54,292 bases of DNA from a virus (taxonomy: Duplodnaviria > Caudoviricetes), in IMG/VR virus record IMGVR_UViG_3300007517_000008, positions 1 to 54,292 of that record, one strand, 5' to 3'. The translations under genes and the position numbers were made by a program. The notes beneath the pieces are model-generated. The model made no database searches and had not been told where the DNA came from. It saw nothing but the letters and a program-made list of their open reading frames with translations. Shown in pieces: positions 28,901-36,529 of the stretch (positions within the stretch are counted from its first letter, which is position 1; each line of letters opens with the position of its first letter).

Positions 28901-29024
28901 GGCACCACTCGATGCATTTGGAAGATACAGACCTTTGCTTGATAGAATTAATCAAGCAGCCCAAGCATTGTCAGAAGGTACGACTGCTGAAGGAGAGTCG
29001 CCTGCTACAACCGTTGGAACATAA
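25938..29024 (+). CDS. Baseplate hub protein (gp27/gpD-like)
   Basis: 1028 aa with 'LIEYGW' and a C-terminal 'LTMTTYGCP...DNIYAVTGLTHKISPGEFSSELKM' hub-type barrel. Follows the LysM gene. Confidence 0.6.
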   Translation: MPTTQQKLSESVNRLSRYFGLYTARDLSGRIAMEQLQGISGLASNATFSIPVPSIEVTELVASVIDTTEGSFTVKDLIQRLNQNMTQTDEETSGSATVIERFNKFIEIVSPVSPGITGAPAESDDPDSPTTDMKNVYTSDFVNLDRSNANKDSSPHLSVIKINNVRVTPAAKNANAVTIFLNGIPSVEMSRAVPYLDVRLILPGSPISANQTLQNLSLFRFLEGNVRIDDNPSSNRSIMALANKVISTDSLYGVDATPENTTFTQTGMEIFTSPQTLVNGDEENNPNRVNPILDKFQPLMTIKDFLVEIRPSTGLMCFKTATLNFTLHDRSRLAEITDLIRPDLYARTELLIEYGWIHPESNSTTSSVTNPYAELIGAMRAREKYGIINSSLTFDDAGQVNVTLSLAMRGGSDVSSEVISTDENGGVNNILGRIREISEAIGAYRRRIFGREQGPSSVEVRGIQILDAAEDARSNLILNEELRNNLRTFQRTLAQRGRGPNAADPTAAARNLSESLSSLYSSAAPENGTTSRRGSGSTNGGGLVGSLRRTVQQNIITKMARLASGKDPFKKRDALTGHPHRAALENGTGGAQRRDSRGRADPRSAAEIDTELGDVPNTVSLAKLLLLFIGEPLAMTRKFDDIQFVYYPFNSGAGYARNLNIGSFEVDTRYFYENYKRLRLESLSRSANINLRDFMNFVATTLIDDHAARSYGLFVPGGLFRRVSVDGGGSTTQATEDAVQLQSRIETILANVTPDASFRMPQIDFYIEALPQRIQVEGEENQSGDGKTILRIHVFDKQMTSYETQGALIAASREEEINNITSIPHIEGGDVGVVESQVAEYNAVKQAAVDAGFLEQIGETQVFRIRGGTNVLKEFIRRTMPYVIYGSSGTTIKQSTLSSNQDPALSTVNMLRSFQSNGAEPNGESPGGLPVQIIPCVLTMTTYGCPLVDYAQQFFIDFQTGTSVDNIYAVTGLTHKISPGEFSSELKMAPLDAFGRYRPLLDRINQAAQALSEGTTAEGESPATTVGT

Positions 29025-29129
29025 AAGAAATGTTCTGCTCTCTTTATCCTCCACGATTTCTCCAACGTATGAAGATTCCAAATTGGTTTCACTTGTATCA
29101 CTTCCAACATGTGATGTAAACTGTCTTCT

Positions 29130-30404
29130 ATGGACATGAAAGAAATTTGTAAAGTATTTGCTAAGCCCTACCCAGAGCTTGTACCTGAAAAATATTACCT
29201 GGCTCTCACTACCTGTGGCGTGATGGACTTTGATAATATCTCTTGGAATAAGGCTCTCGGAACAAAAGTTTATAATGCCTTGACCGAGACTCAAGAAAAG
29301 AAATTTGAAGAAATTATCTTGGATATTGGAAGTGACATTGATTACTACATGCAAGTCTATAAGAAAACTATGTCTGTTTTTGATCACCTACAGCCAGCAA
29401 AGGTGGATTTAATTCAGTACAAAGTTCTTATGAATTCTGACTCTGTGTCAAATGACTCTAAAATAATACTTGAAAAATGGAAACCGGACGGACAAGGATT
29501 TCTACCTCTTCCAACTTACAACCTCTCCTCAAGCGTCACAGGGCGCATGAAAATAGTGTCTGGTCCTAACGCTCTCCTACTACCGAAGGACTTGAGGAAG
29601 ATTTTGAAGTCAAGACACGGAAAAGAAGGTTCGCTTTGGTATCTTGATTTTGTTTCTCTTGAACCAAGGGTAGCCCTTGCGATTCACAAATTTCTGTCTT
29701 CTGTGGGAATGTTGGGAGATGTCCCTAAACAGGGAGCCCAAACGGGCTTAGTATCTAATAGTATCTCTAATGTATCTCTTTCTATAGTAGGTTATCCTCC
29801 ACAACTCTCAGAATTGCTTGAATACAAAGGGAATTCACTTATTTCTCCTCTTCCAGAAGACGTTTACCAGGACGCTTTAAAATACCTAAAGCTGTCAAGT
29901 GAAATCGACAGGTCCATGTTAAAACAGATTGTCTTACCCCAAATTTATGGACAGTCAAAACACAACACGATCGAGACAATGGAAAAAAAGAACATCAGAA
30001 AACCTGAAGAGGTTGTGGATATGGTCAATGAATTCTTTGGTATCGATGACCTTCGCCAATATGTAGCGCGAGACCTACAGAATAATGACTGTAAATATCT
30101 TAGAACGTTCTATGGTAAACACATCTCTCCAGACGACTCAAGGCCCTACACGTTATTAAATTACTACATTCAGTCACTAGCTGTGGATGTAGCTTTACTT
30201 GGCTTTAAGAGCATTTTAGACCGTGTTGCGAAAGTTCCAAATGCCTCAAGTCTTATTTGTCCAATATTCTTTATCCACGACGCTATGGTTTTGGACGTTC
30301 ATTCCTCTATGGACCATCACCTTAATTCTTTGATGAATCTTGGAAGTAAAAACATACCAGGATTTCCAGAACACAAGTTCCATATGTCAGCAACAAAACT
30401 TTAG
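29130..30404 (+). CDS. Stand-alone family A DNA polymerase-like domain without exonuclease
   Basis: TGRM, motif A LDFVSLEPR, motif B RSMLKQIVLPQIYG, NYYIQSLAVD, motif C IHDA. Confidence 0.75.
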   Translation: MDMKEICKVFAKPYPELVPEKYYLALTTCGVMDFDNISWNKALGTKVYNALTETQEKKFEEIILDIGSDIDYYMQVYKKTMSVFDHLQPAKVDLIQYKVLMNSDSVSNDSKIILEKWKPDGQGFLPLPTYNLSSSVTGRMKIVSGPNALLLPKDLRKILKSRHGKEGSLWYLDFVSLEPRVALAIHKFLSSVGMLGDVPKQGAQTGLVSNSISNVSLSIVGYPPQLSELLEYKGNSLISPLPEDVYQDALKYLKLSSEIDRSMLKQIVLPQIYGQSKHNTIETMEKKNIRKPEEVVDMVNEFFGIDDLRQYVARDLQNNDCKYLRTFYGKHISPDDSRPYTLLNYYIQSLAVDVALLGFKSILDRVAKVPNASSLICPIFFIHDAMVLDVHSSMDHHLNSLMNLGSKNIPGFPEHKFHMSATKL

Positions 30405-30457
30405 CAAATTAACTTCCTTCTTTCTGGAATCTTTTTTAAGTCAAGTGACGATTTCTG

Positions 30458-30487
30458 TTTACGAACCGTGTAACATTCTAGTATAGT
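30458..30487 (+). promoter_or_regulatory. sigma70-like promoter upstream of the SSB gene
   Basis: TTTACG-N18-TATAGT, same layout as the promoter at 31556. Confidence 0.5.
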
Positions 30488-30626
30488 TGGACCTACGAAC
30501 TAGCAGATACCAAATCTCTTCGAAGTTCAAAATTTCCCTTAATACTTGGGGAAAGTAGACTTCGAGAAACCTATTTACTAGTATATCTGGTCCAAAATAT
30601 ATACCAGCTTTTTAAGGAAAAACAAC

Positions 30627-31457
30627 ATGAAATACGATTTAGAAGCAATCAAGGCCAAGCTCAATACATTGTCAGCCACCAAAAAGGGATCAGGTGACGA
30701 GGGTAGTAGCAAAATCACTTGGTGGAAGGCAACACCAGGCTCGCACTCGGTAAGATTCATTCCTTTGTCAAATGCCGATGGTACTCCACACGCACAGCCA
30801 TTCTTTGAGGTTGTCTACTATGACGACAAGGGATTTGCGGAAAGACGCTTTGTGGCTCCTTCGCAGTGGGGGATGCCAGATCCAGTCCAGGCTTATAGCC
30901 TAGAACTTTCCAAAAACAAGAAGGAAAAAGCAGATTGGCTTAAGTGGAAGCGCACTCAGCCAAAAGAGAGATATTACGCACCTGTCTTCGTTCGTGGAGA
31001 AGAGGAAAAGGGAGTGCAAGTTTGGGAGCTTTCGCCAAAACTCTGTAAGGATGTTTACGCGCTCTTAGTTTCGCCAGATTATGCCGAAGAGGACATGTTT
31101 TCTGTGGAAAAAGGTTTTGACTTTACTGTGACAGTCACTCCTACTGACAAGACTTTCAACGGTTATGTCATTAATGATGTTAAACTTCTTCCACGCCGCA
31201 AGGCAAGCGAACTTGCCCCAAAGAAAGAGCAAGTAAAGGCTCTTCTTGCTACGGTTCCAAACTTTGAGGCTTTCTTTAAGTCACAAGTTAAGGGAATCGA
31301 AGAGCTTACGGCTATGATCGAATCCTTTGACTCTTACAATGCTGAAGAAAAGGTTGGAGAGAAAACGCCACAGGGCACCTCACGCGGGACTCTACAGGAC
31401 AATGCTAAGGTTGCAGCAGACGTTAATGACGCCTTCGCTGACCTAGAAAATTCCTGA
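30627..31457 (+). CDS. Single-stranded DNA-binding protein (T4 gp32-like)
   Basis: 'WWKA..G...VRFIP...PFFE...DPV...RYYAPVFVRGEEEKGVQVW...GFDF' with acidic tail 'DVNDAFADLENS'. Adjacent to recA. Confidence 0.82.
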   Translation: MKYDLEAIKAKLNTLSATKKGSGDEGSSKITWWKATPGSHSVRFIPLSNADGTPHAQPFFEVVYYDDKGFAERRFVAPSQWGMPDPVQAYSLELSKNKKEKADWLKWKRTQPKERYYAPVFVRGEEEKGVQVWELSPKLCKDVYALLVSPDYAEEDMFSVEKGFDFTVTVTPTDKTFNGYVINDVKLLPRRKASELAPKKEQVKALLATVPNFEAFFKSQVKGIEELTAMIESFDSYNAEEKVGEKTPQGTSRGTLQDNAKVAADVNDAFADLENS

Positions 31458-31486
31458 AAAAAGAAAGAATAAAACATAATAAGTTT

Positions 31487-31519
31487 CCCCGCAATTCCTT
31501 GTGTTTTGCGGGGTTTTTT
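31487..31519 (+). terminator. Intrinsic terminator after the SSB gene
   Basis: CCCCGCAA...TTGCGGGG stem followed by T6. Confidence 0.8.
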
Positions 31520-31555
31520 CTACCAAAACTTCTTACAGAAAGTATACGAATTGTC

Positions 31556-31585
31556 TTTACGAAACGTTGTGTAATAACGTATAAT
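31556..31585 (+). promoter_or_regulatory. sigma70-like promoter of the recA operon
   Basis: TTTACG-N18-TATAAT. It overlaps the ORF-track ATG at 31584, favouring 31641 as the true start. Confidence 0.55.
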
Positions 31586-31640
31586 GAACTCTGGCGTCAA
31601 ACTTAAAAAGTCATGCGCCCATAACAAAAAGAAACAAAAT

Positions 31641-33374
31641 ATGGCAAAACCAAAAGAAGAAAAAAAGGCTAAGGAGCCACAAAAGCTTGGTGTTGAATCT
31701 GCAAACATTAATGAAATTAATGACTTCTCGCAGGAACTCATCAAGCAAATTAACAAAGAGTATGGGGGCAACATTGCTTTTAACCTAGGAACTGACTCTG
31801 CTCCTACGGATATTAAAAGATGGATTCCAACAGGATCGAGACAACTCGACTGTGTTTTGTCAAACAAGCTTCACGGGGGATACGCAGAAGGACGTATTGT
31901 TGAAATTCAAGCCCAGCCAAGCGTAGGTAAGTCTCACATAGGCTTTCACCTTGCTAAGTCCGTCCAACAAATGGGTGGAATTGCAGTTTACATCGACACA
32001 GAAAACGCAACAAACCCAGAGAACTTGAAGTCTCTTGGAATCAACGTGTCAAAGAGATTTGTATTCGTACAGAATTCTTGCACGGAAGAGATTCTGTCAA
32101 TTATCGAAAGTACAATCACCAAGGCTAGATCTATGTCGAGAGACGTACCAGTAGCCGTAATTTGGGACTCTGTTTCGCAGAGTGCTCCGAAGGATGAAAT
32201 CGAAGGAGGTTATGACAAAGCTACAATTGGTCTTCAGGCAAGAGTTTTGTCAAAGGGAATGCGTAAGATTGCAAGCGTTATTGCAAATCAAAAGGTCATT
32301 CTATTTTTGATCTCTCAGCAGAGAGTCAAGATTGGCTGCGTAAGTCCAGAAACTGAGGTCATGTATAGGTTTGATGGCAAAGAATCTAGCAAGTCTGTTA
32401 GCTCAATGTTTAAAGATTTAGGATACGATTTTAACGAAATGGCAATAAATAAGCCTGTAGATGTCCAAAACGTAGAAGTTCTTTCCTTGGAAGAAAACAA
32501 AGAAGTTTGGAAAAAAATTACCAAAATTGTAAAAAAGCAGAATGCTCAAGAAATGATTGTCAGGGTAAACCATCTTGATGTTCGACAACTTTCATGCTCC
32601 CCAGATCATAAATTGTTTGTGCGTGTCAAAAATTCAAATGTTGAAATGTACGAAGAGGTTTCTGTTTTGTTTGAAAACGAAGAAAATTTCTTAGTAAGAA
32701 CACTGGATGGTTGGGAAGATTTTTCTATAACTGAATCTGGCCAAATGATTGAAATTGCAGACTTTGAAGTAGAAGGCACTCATTGTTATTTTAGTAATGG
32801 ATTTTTATCACACAACACAATGTTCGGCGACCCTAACGTCACTTCTGGTGGTATGGCAATTCCATATGCTGCTTCTGTAAGAATAAAGTTGAATGGTGGT
32901 AAACCACTTGTTGACAAAGAAGGAAATACCTATGGCATCGAGGTAACAGCCAAGACAATCAAAAACAAAACCTCTAAGCCATTCAGAGAGTGCACTTTCC
33001 AAATTCACTTTGGAAAGGGTATTGTGGAGCATGAAAACATTTTTGACTATCTTAGAGAATATTATGAGAAGAAGCCAGCAACTCTTTGTGACGGAGTGAT
33101 GGTAAACGTTTCTGGTGGTGGAGCATGGAAGATTTTCAGAGGAGCCGACAAAGAAACTGGAGAGGTTCTTTTCGAGAAAAAGTTCTATAAAGAAGGTTTC
33201 GGAAAGGAAGTTCTTTATAACAAAGAATATACCAAGTATGTTGATGCCATGATGGAAGATGCTTATGTTATCAAGCCAAATGAGGATGATCATCAAACAG
33301 AAGCAGAATTTGATGAGGAATCTGAAGAAGAACTTAGGGCAGTGGCGCAAATAGCTGAAGAATCTGGAGAGTGA
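31641..33374 (+). CDS. recA: RecA/UvsX recombinase containing an intein
   Basis: IPTGS..LD, GRIVEI, Walker A AQPSVGKS, YIDTEN, IWDSV, GLQARVLSKGMRK, TSGG.AIPYAASVRI, KNKT..PFRE. Confidence 0.93.
   Translation: MAKPKEEKKAKEPQKLGVESANINEINDFSQELIKQINKEYGGNIAFNLGTDSAPTDIKRWIPTGSRQLDCVLSNKLHGGYAEGRIVEIQAQPSVGKSHIGFHLAKSVQQMGGIAVYIDTENATNPENLKSLGINVSKRFVFVQNSCTEEILSIIESTITKARSMSRDVPVAVIWDSVSQSAPKDEIEGGYDKATIGLQARVLSKGMRKIASVIANQKVILFLISQQRVKIGCVSPETEVMYRFDGKESSKSVSSMFKDLGYDFNEMAINKPVDVQNVEVLSLEENKEVWKKITKIVKKQNAQEMIVRVNHLDVRQLSCSPDHKLFVRVKNSNVEMYEEVSVLFENEENFLVRTLDGWEDFSITESGQMIEIADFEVEGTHCYFSNGFLSHNTMFGDPNVTSGGMAIPYAASVRIKLNGGKPLVDKEGNTYGIEVTAKTIKNKTSKPFRECTFQIHFGKGIVEHENIFDYLREYYEKKPATLCDGVMVNVSGGGAWKIFRGADKETGEVLFEKKFYKEGFGKEVLYNKEYTKYVDAMMEDAYVIKPNEDDHQTEAEFDEESEEELRAVAQIAEESGE
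32337..32816 (+). mobile_element. Mini-intein (160 aa) in RecA
   Basis: Junctions KIG|CVSPETEV...CSPDHKL...DFEVEGTHCYFSNGFLSHN|TMFG. Removal restores KIG-TMFGDP. Too short to hold an endonuclease. Confidence 0.92.
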
Positions 33375-33377
33375 AAC

Positions 33378-33839
33378 ATGAGTAATACAATTAAATTTAA
33401 AAAGATGACTGAGACTGCGACTCTTCCAAAGGCAATTACAAGAGGAGATATTGGTTTTGACATCTGTGCCAACGAGTCACTTGAGATTTTTTATGGTCAA
33501 ACAAAGAAAGTTTCTACTGGTCTCCAACTTGCAGATATGCCTACCACTATTAATGGTGTAAGTGTTTTTATGAAGGTCGAGGGACGTTCCGGGTTAGCTT
33601 CAAAAGGAATTTTCCCCATTGGGGGAATCATTGACCCAAGCTATCGTGGTGAAATTGGAATAGTTCTTCACAATTCAGCAGAAGAACCATTTAAAATTAA
33701 TGTAGGCGACAGAATTGCGCAAATTATTGTTTATAACATTTGTGCAGCCAATGAAGTTTCTTTTGAGGAAACTACAGAGGTGACATCCACGGACCGAGGG
33801 TCAGCAGGTTTTGGTAGTACCGGCTTAAAAGCCGTTTAA
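33378..33839 (+). CDS. dut: Trimeric dUTPase
   Basis: GFDI, GRSGLA, GIIDPSYRGEI, GDRIAQ, RGSAGFGSTG. Confidence 0.95.
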   Translation: MSNTIKFKKMTETATLPKAITRGDIGFDICANESLEIFYGQTKKVSTGLQLADMPTTINGVSVFMKVEGRSGLASKGIFPIGGIIDPSYRGEIGIVLHNSAEEPFKINVGDRIAQIIVYNICAANEVSFEETTEVTSTDRGSAGFGSTGLKAV

Positions 33840-33857
33840 TAAAATAGAAAGAATCCT

Positions 33858-34907
33858 ATGACTTCTCCAACTTCATCTTCCCGCTTTGTTTTTGACCCAA
33901 ATAAACTTGCAGAACGTCCTACCATCATCGTTGATGGAATGAATATTTTCATTCGGTCGTTTTGTGCGAATGGAGCAGTAAACTATTCTGGAGATCCTGT
34001 TGGGGGAGTTGTAGGATTTTTTAAGTCTATTGCCAGACTCACAGCCGATTTTCTACCACAGCAAGTAATTGTTGTCTGGGAGCAAGGCGGTGGATCGCCT
34101 CGAAGGAAAGCCTTGTTCGAGGGCTACAAGGCAAATCGCGCCAAAGATAAAACTACCTTTAAGCAAATTAACAAGGATGCATCGGAAACTCACAAGCCTT
34201 GGCTTATGGACGATGACGAAAACCGCATTAAACAGCTACATCTTTTGTCTCAAGTCTTAAAACAAGTTCCAGTTTGTCAAGTTTACCTTCCAGAGACAGA
34301 ATGTGATGATATTATTGCATATCTCTGCAAGGGAAAACTTCTTACAAGAGCTGGAAAGAAAATAATCATCTCGTCTGACAAAGACTTTTACCAGTTGCTT
34401 GAAGACCCCACAGTTCAAATTTATGATCCAGCCAAACATGTCTTGGTTGATGCCGAAACAGTTTTAACAAAATATGGCATCTCTGCAAGAAACTTTTGTC
34501 TTGCCAAGGCGATTGCTGGCGATCCAAGCGATAACATTAATGGAATTGACGGAATGGGTTTTAAAACTGCAATAAAACGTTTCCCAAGTCTCTCTAGTAT
34601 CACCGAGGACATTCTTCCAGAGAAATTAATACAACTAGCAGAAGAAAAAGTTGCCGAGGGAACAAAAATCAAAGTATATTCCGAAATTGCCAAAAATAAG
34701 GAAACTGTTTACAGGAATTGGAAACTCATGTACTTTAGTATGTCTAACCTAGCAAGCCAACAGCAAGATAAAGTCAACTATACCATTGACAACTTTAAGC
34801 CAGAAATGAACAAGCTCGGTTTAATTAGAACTTTCATGGATGCCAAAATTTCTACCGATCTTGATTTTGACCGCATTTCCCTTCAGTTCAAAACAACACT
34901 AATATAA
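33858..34907 (+). CDS. 5'-3' exonuclease / flap endonuclease (T4 RNase H or Pol I N-terminal-like)
   Basis: IVDGMN, RKALFEGYKANR, ECDDIIA, SSDKDFYQL, GDPSDNINGIDGMGFKTA. Confidence 0.9.
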   Translation: MTSPTSSSRFVFDPNKLAERPTIIVDGMNIFIRSFCANGAVNYSGDPVGGVVGFFKSIARLTADFLPQQVIVVWEQGGGSPRRKALFEGYKANRAKDKTTFKQINKDASETHKPWLMDDDENRIKQLHLLSQVLKQVPVCQVYLPETECDDIIAYLCKGKLLTRAGKKIIISSDKDFYQLLEDPTVQIYDPAKHVLVDAETVLTKYGISARNFCLAKAIAGDPSDNINGIDGMGFKTAIKRFPSLSSITEDILPEKLIQLAEEKVAEGTKIKVYSEIAKNKETVYRNWKLMYFSMSNLASQQQDKVNYTIDNFKPEMNKLGLIRTFMDAKISTDLDFDRISLQFKTTLI

Positions 34908-34940
34908 ACTAAAAATAATTTTAGATTTTACTCGTCAGCT

Positions 34941-34968
34941 ACCATCTTTAAACAAACCTAAAGATGGT
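34941..34968 (+). promoter_or_regulatory. Intergenic hairpin before dnaB (terminator or processing site)
   Basis: 10-bp perfect stem ACCATCTTTA / TAAAGATGGT followed by a T-rich tract. Confidence 0.4.
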
Positions 34969-35029
34969 CGTTGTTTTAGTAACAGTGCATTTATTCATAT
35001 AATAACAACATTTTAACATAAGGAGAACT

Positions 35030-36505
35030 ATGTCCCAAAATAACCAGGACGCAGTTAGCGAAGAAGTTTATTTCACATTTGATAAGTCGTTTCAAGAAAA
35101 AATTGTCCAGGCCATGATTATGGACAGAGTGTGGGCAGCACAATTTGCTGAAGTTGTAAATGTACAATACTTCCAGTATGCCTACCTAAGATTAGTTGCA
35201 GACAGATATCTGTCCTACCAAAAGTCGTTTAAAGAGTTCCCATCAATGGAACTTCTTAAAACTCTCATCGTTGACGACCTAAAGACAGATAAAGATCTAT
35301 TAATCAGACAACAAATCCAAGCTTTCCTGATTAAAGTCATGAAAAATGAAAATCTTGGCGACTTGCCTTACGTTAAGGAAAAGTCACTTGATTTCTGCAA
35401 GCGAAAATCGCTTGAGATTGCCCTAGAAAAGTCTGTTCACCTCATTGCCACGGATAACTACGATCGTGTTGTAACGGTCATTAAGGAAGCCCTGGCAGCC
35501 GGAATGGCCACAAATACGGGTCTCTCTCTTGAGACAGATATTGCAGCCAGATATAGTGAATCTTTCAGACATGCAATTAAAACTGGAATTCCAGCTCTTG
35601 ACGATAGAACTATCTTAAATGGTGGTTTGGGTGCTGGGGAAATTGGAACGGTCATTGCTCTTTCGGGACACGGCAAGTCTCACATTCTTACACAATTTGG
35701 CGCTGAGGCACTTTTGCAAGGTAAGAATGTCGTTCATTATTCTTTTGAACTTAGAGAAAGAAGTGTTGGAGTTAGATATGACTCCTATCTTTGCGGTATC
35801 AATTCCTTGGAGTGCTCCAGTAATATTGAAAAAGTACAAAAGATGTACGAGGACAACAAAGATATTCTTGGTAAACTTATTATTAAAGAGTTTCCAACCA
35901 GGTCAGCAACTGTTGTAACCTTGAGAAACCACATCGAGAGGTTGGCGTTGACCGGATTTAAGCCTGACTTGGTTCTTGTAGACTATTCTGGAATTATGAG
36001 GTCAACGGAAAAATATGACCTTCCTAGAATGGAACTTCAGAGAATTTTCGAAGAGCTTCGCGGGTTTGCCCAAGAGCTTGATGTCCCAGTGTGGACGGCA
36101 ACACAATCCAACAAAGAAGCTGCCAGCGCAGACTTCGTTGACATGACCAATATGGCTGAGTCCTATGGGCAGTCTCACGCCTGTGACGTTATTCTTGGGT
36201 TTCATCGTAAGGCAGAACTTAAGGCAACTGGCATGGGTTCTTTGTTTGTTGCAAAAAATCGTGCTGGTATGGATGGTATCAAGTATCAAGTCCACATCGA
36301 CACTGCCCAATCACGTCTTAGAGTTCTTACACAAGATGAAATTGACCTTATGATGCCAACAGATGAAAGTAATGGTAGAAATGTATATGGTCAGAAAAAT
36401 ACCTCTTCCAAATCTGGTGCAAAACTTTCACCAATTGATGCAATAAGGGCTCTTTACAAAAATCGCGCAAATGAAGAGGCGATTAAGCTAGAAAAAGCAA
36501 CTTGA
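35030..36505 (+). CDS. dnaB: Replicative DNA helicase (DnaB / T4 gp41-like)
   Basis: TGIPALD...GGL..GE, Walker A ALSGHGKS, YSFEL, VLVDY, WTATQSN, AES, KNRAG. RBS AAGGAG. Confidence 0.92.
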   Translation: MSQNNQDAVSEEVYFTFDKSFQEKIVQAMIMDRVWAAQFAEVVNVQYFQYAYLRLVADRYLSYQKSFKEFPSMELLKTLIVDDLKTDKDLLIRQQIQAFLIKVMKNENLGDLPYVKEKSLDFCKRKSLEIALEKSVHLIATDNYDRVVTVIKEALAAGMATNTGLSLETDIAARYSESFRHAIKTGIPALDDRTILNGGLGAGEIGTVIALSGHGKSHILTQFGAEALLQGKNVVHYSFELRERSVGVRYDSYLCGINSLECSSNIEKVQKMYEDNKDILGKLIIKEFPTRSATVVTLRNHIERLALTGFKPDLVLVDYSGIMRSTEKYDLPRMELQRIFEELRGFAQELDVPVWTATQSNKEAASADFVDMTNMAESYGQSHACDVILGFHRKAELKATGMGSLFVAKNRAGMDGIKYQVHIDTAQSRLRVLTQDEIDLMMPTDESNGRNVYGQKNTSSKSGAKLSPIDAIRALYKNRANEEAIKLEKAT

Positions 36506-36529
36506 ATCTTAGTATTTAGAAATTAACAC

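Noticed and set aside
4200-29024. Bacterial extracellular contractile injection system or tailocin rather than a phage
   Set aside because: A neck-like gene, a long tape measure and a contiguous phage-type replication and nucleotide module with inteins indicate a phage genome.
29025-29139. Frameshifted N-terminal extension of the PolA-like gene (...CDVNCLLWT joining MKEICK)
   Set aside because: No slippery sequence or convincing start, and it cannot be supported without homolog alignment.
31584-31640. Longer ORF-track N-termini for recA, and likewise nrdA (38502), 42724, 48806 and 52842
   Set aside because: They overlap predicted promoters or upstream genes. Downstream ATGs fit better.
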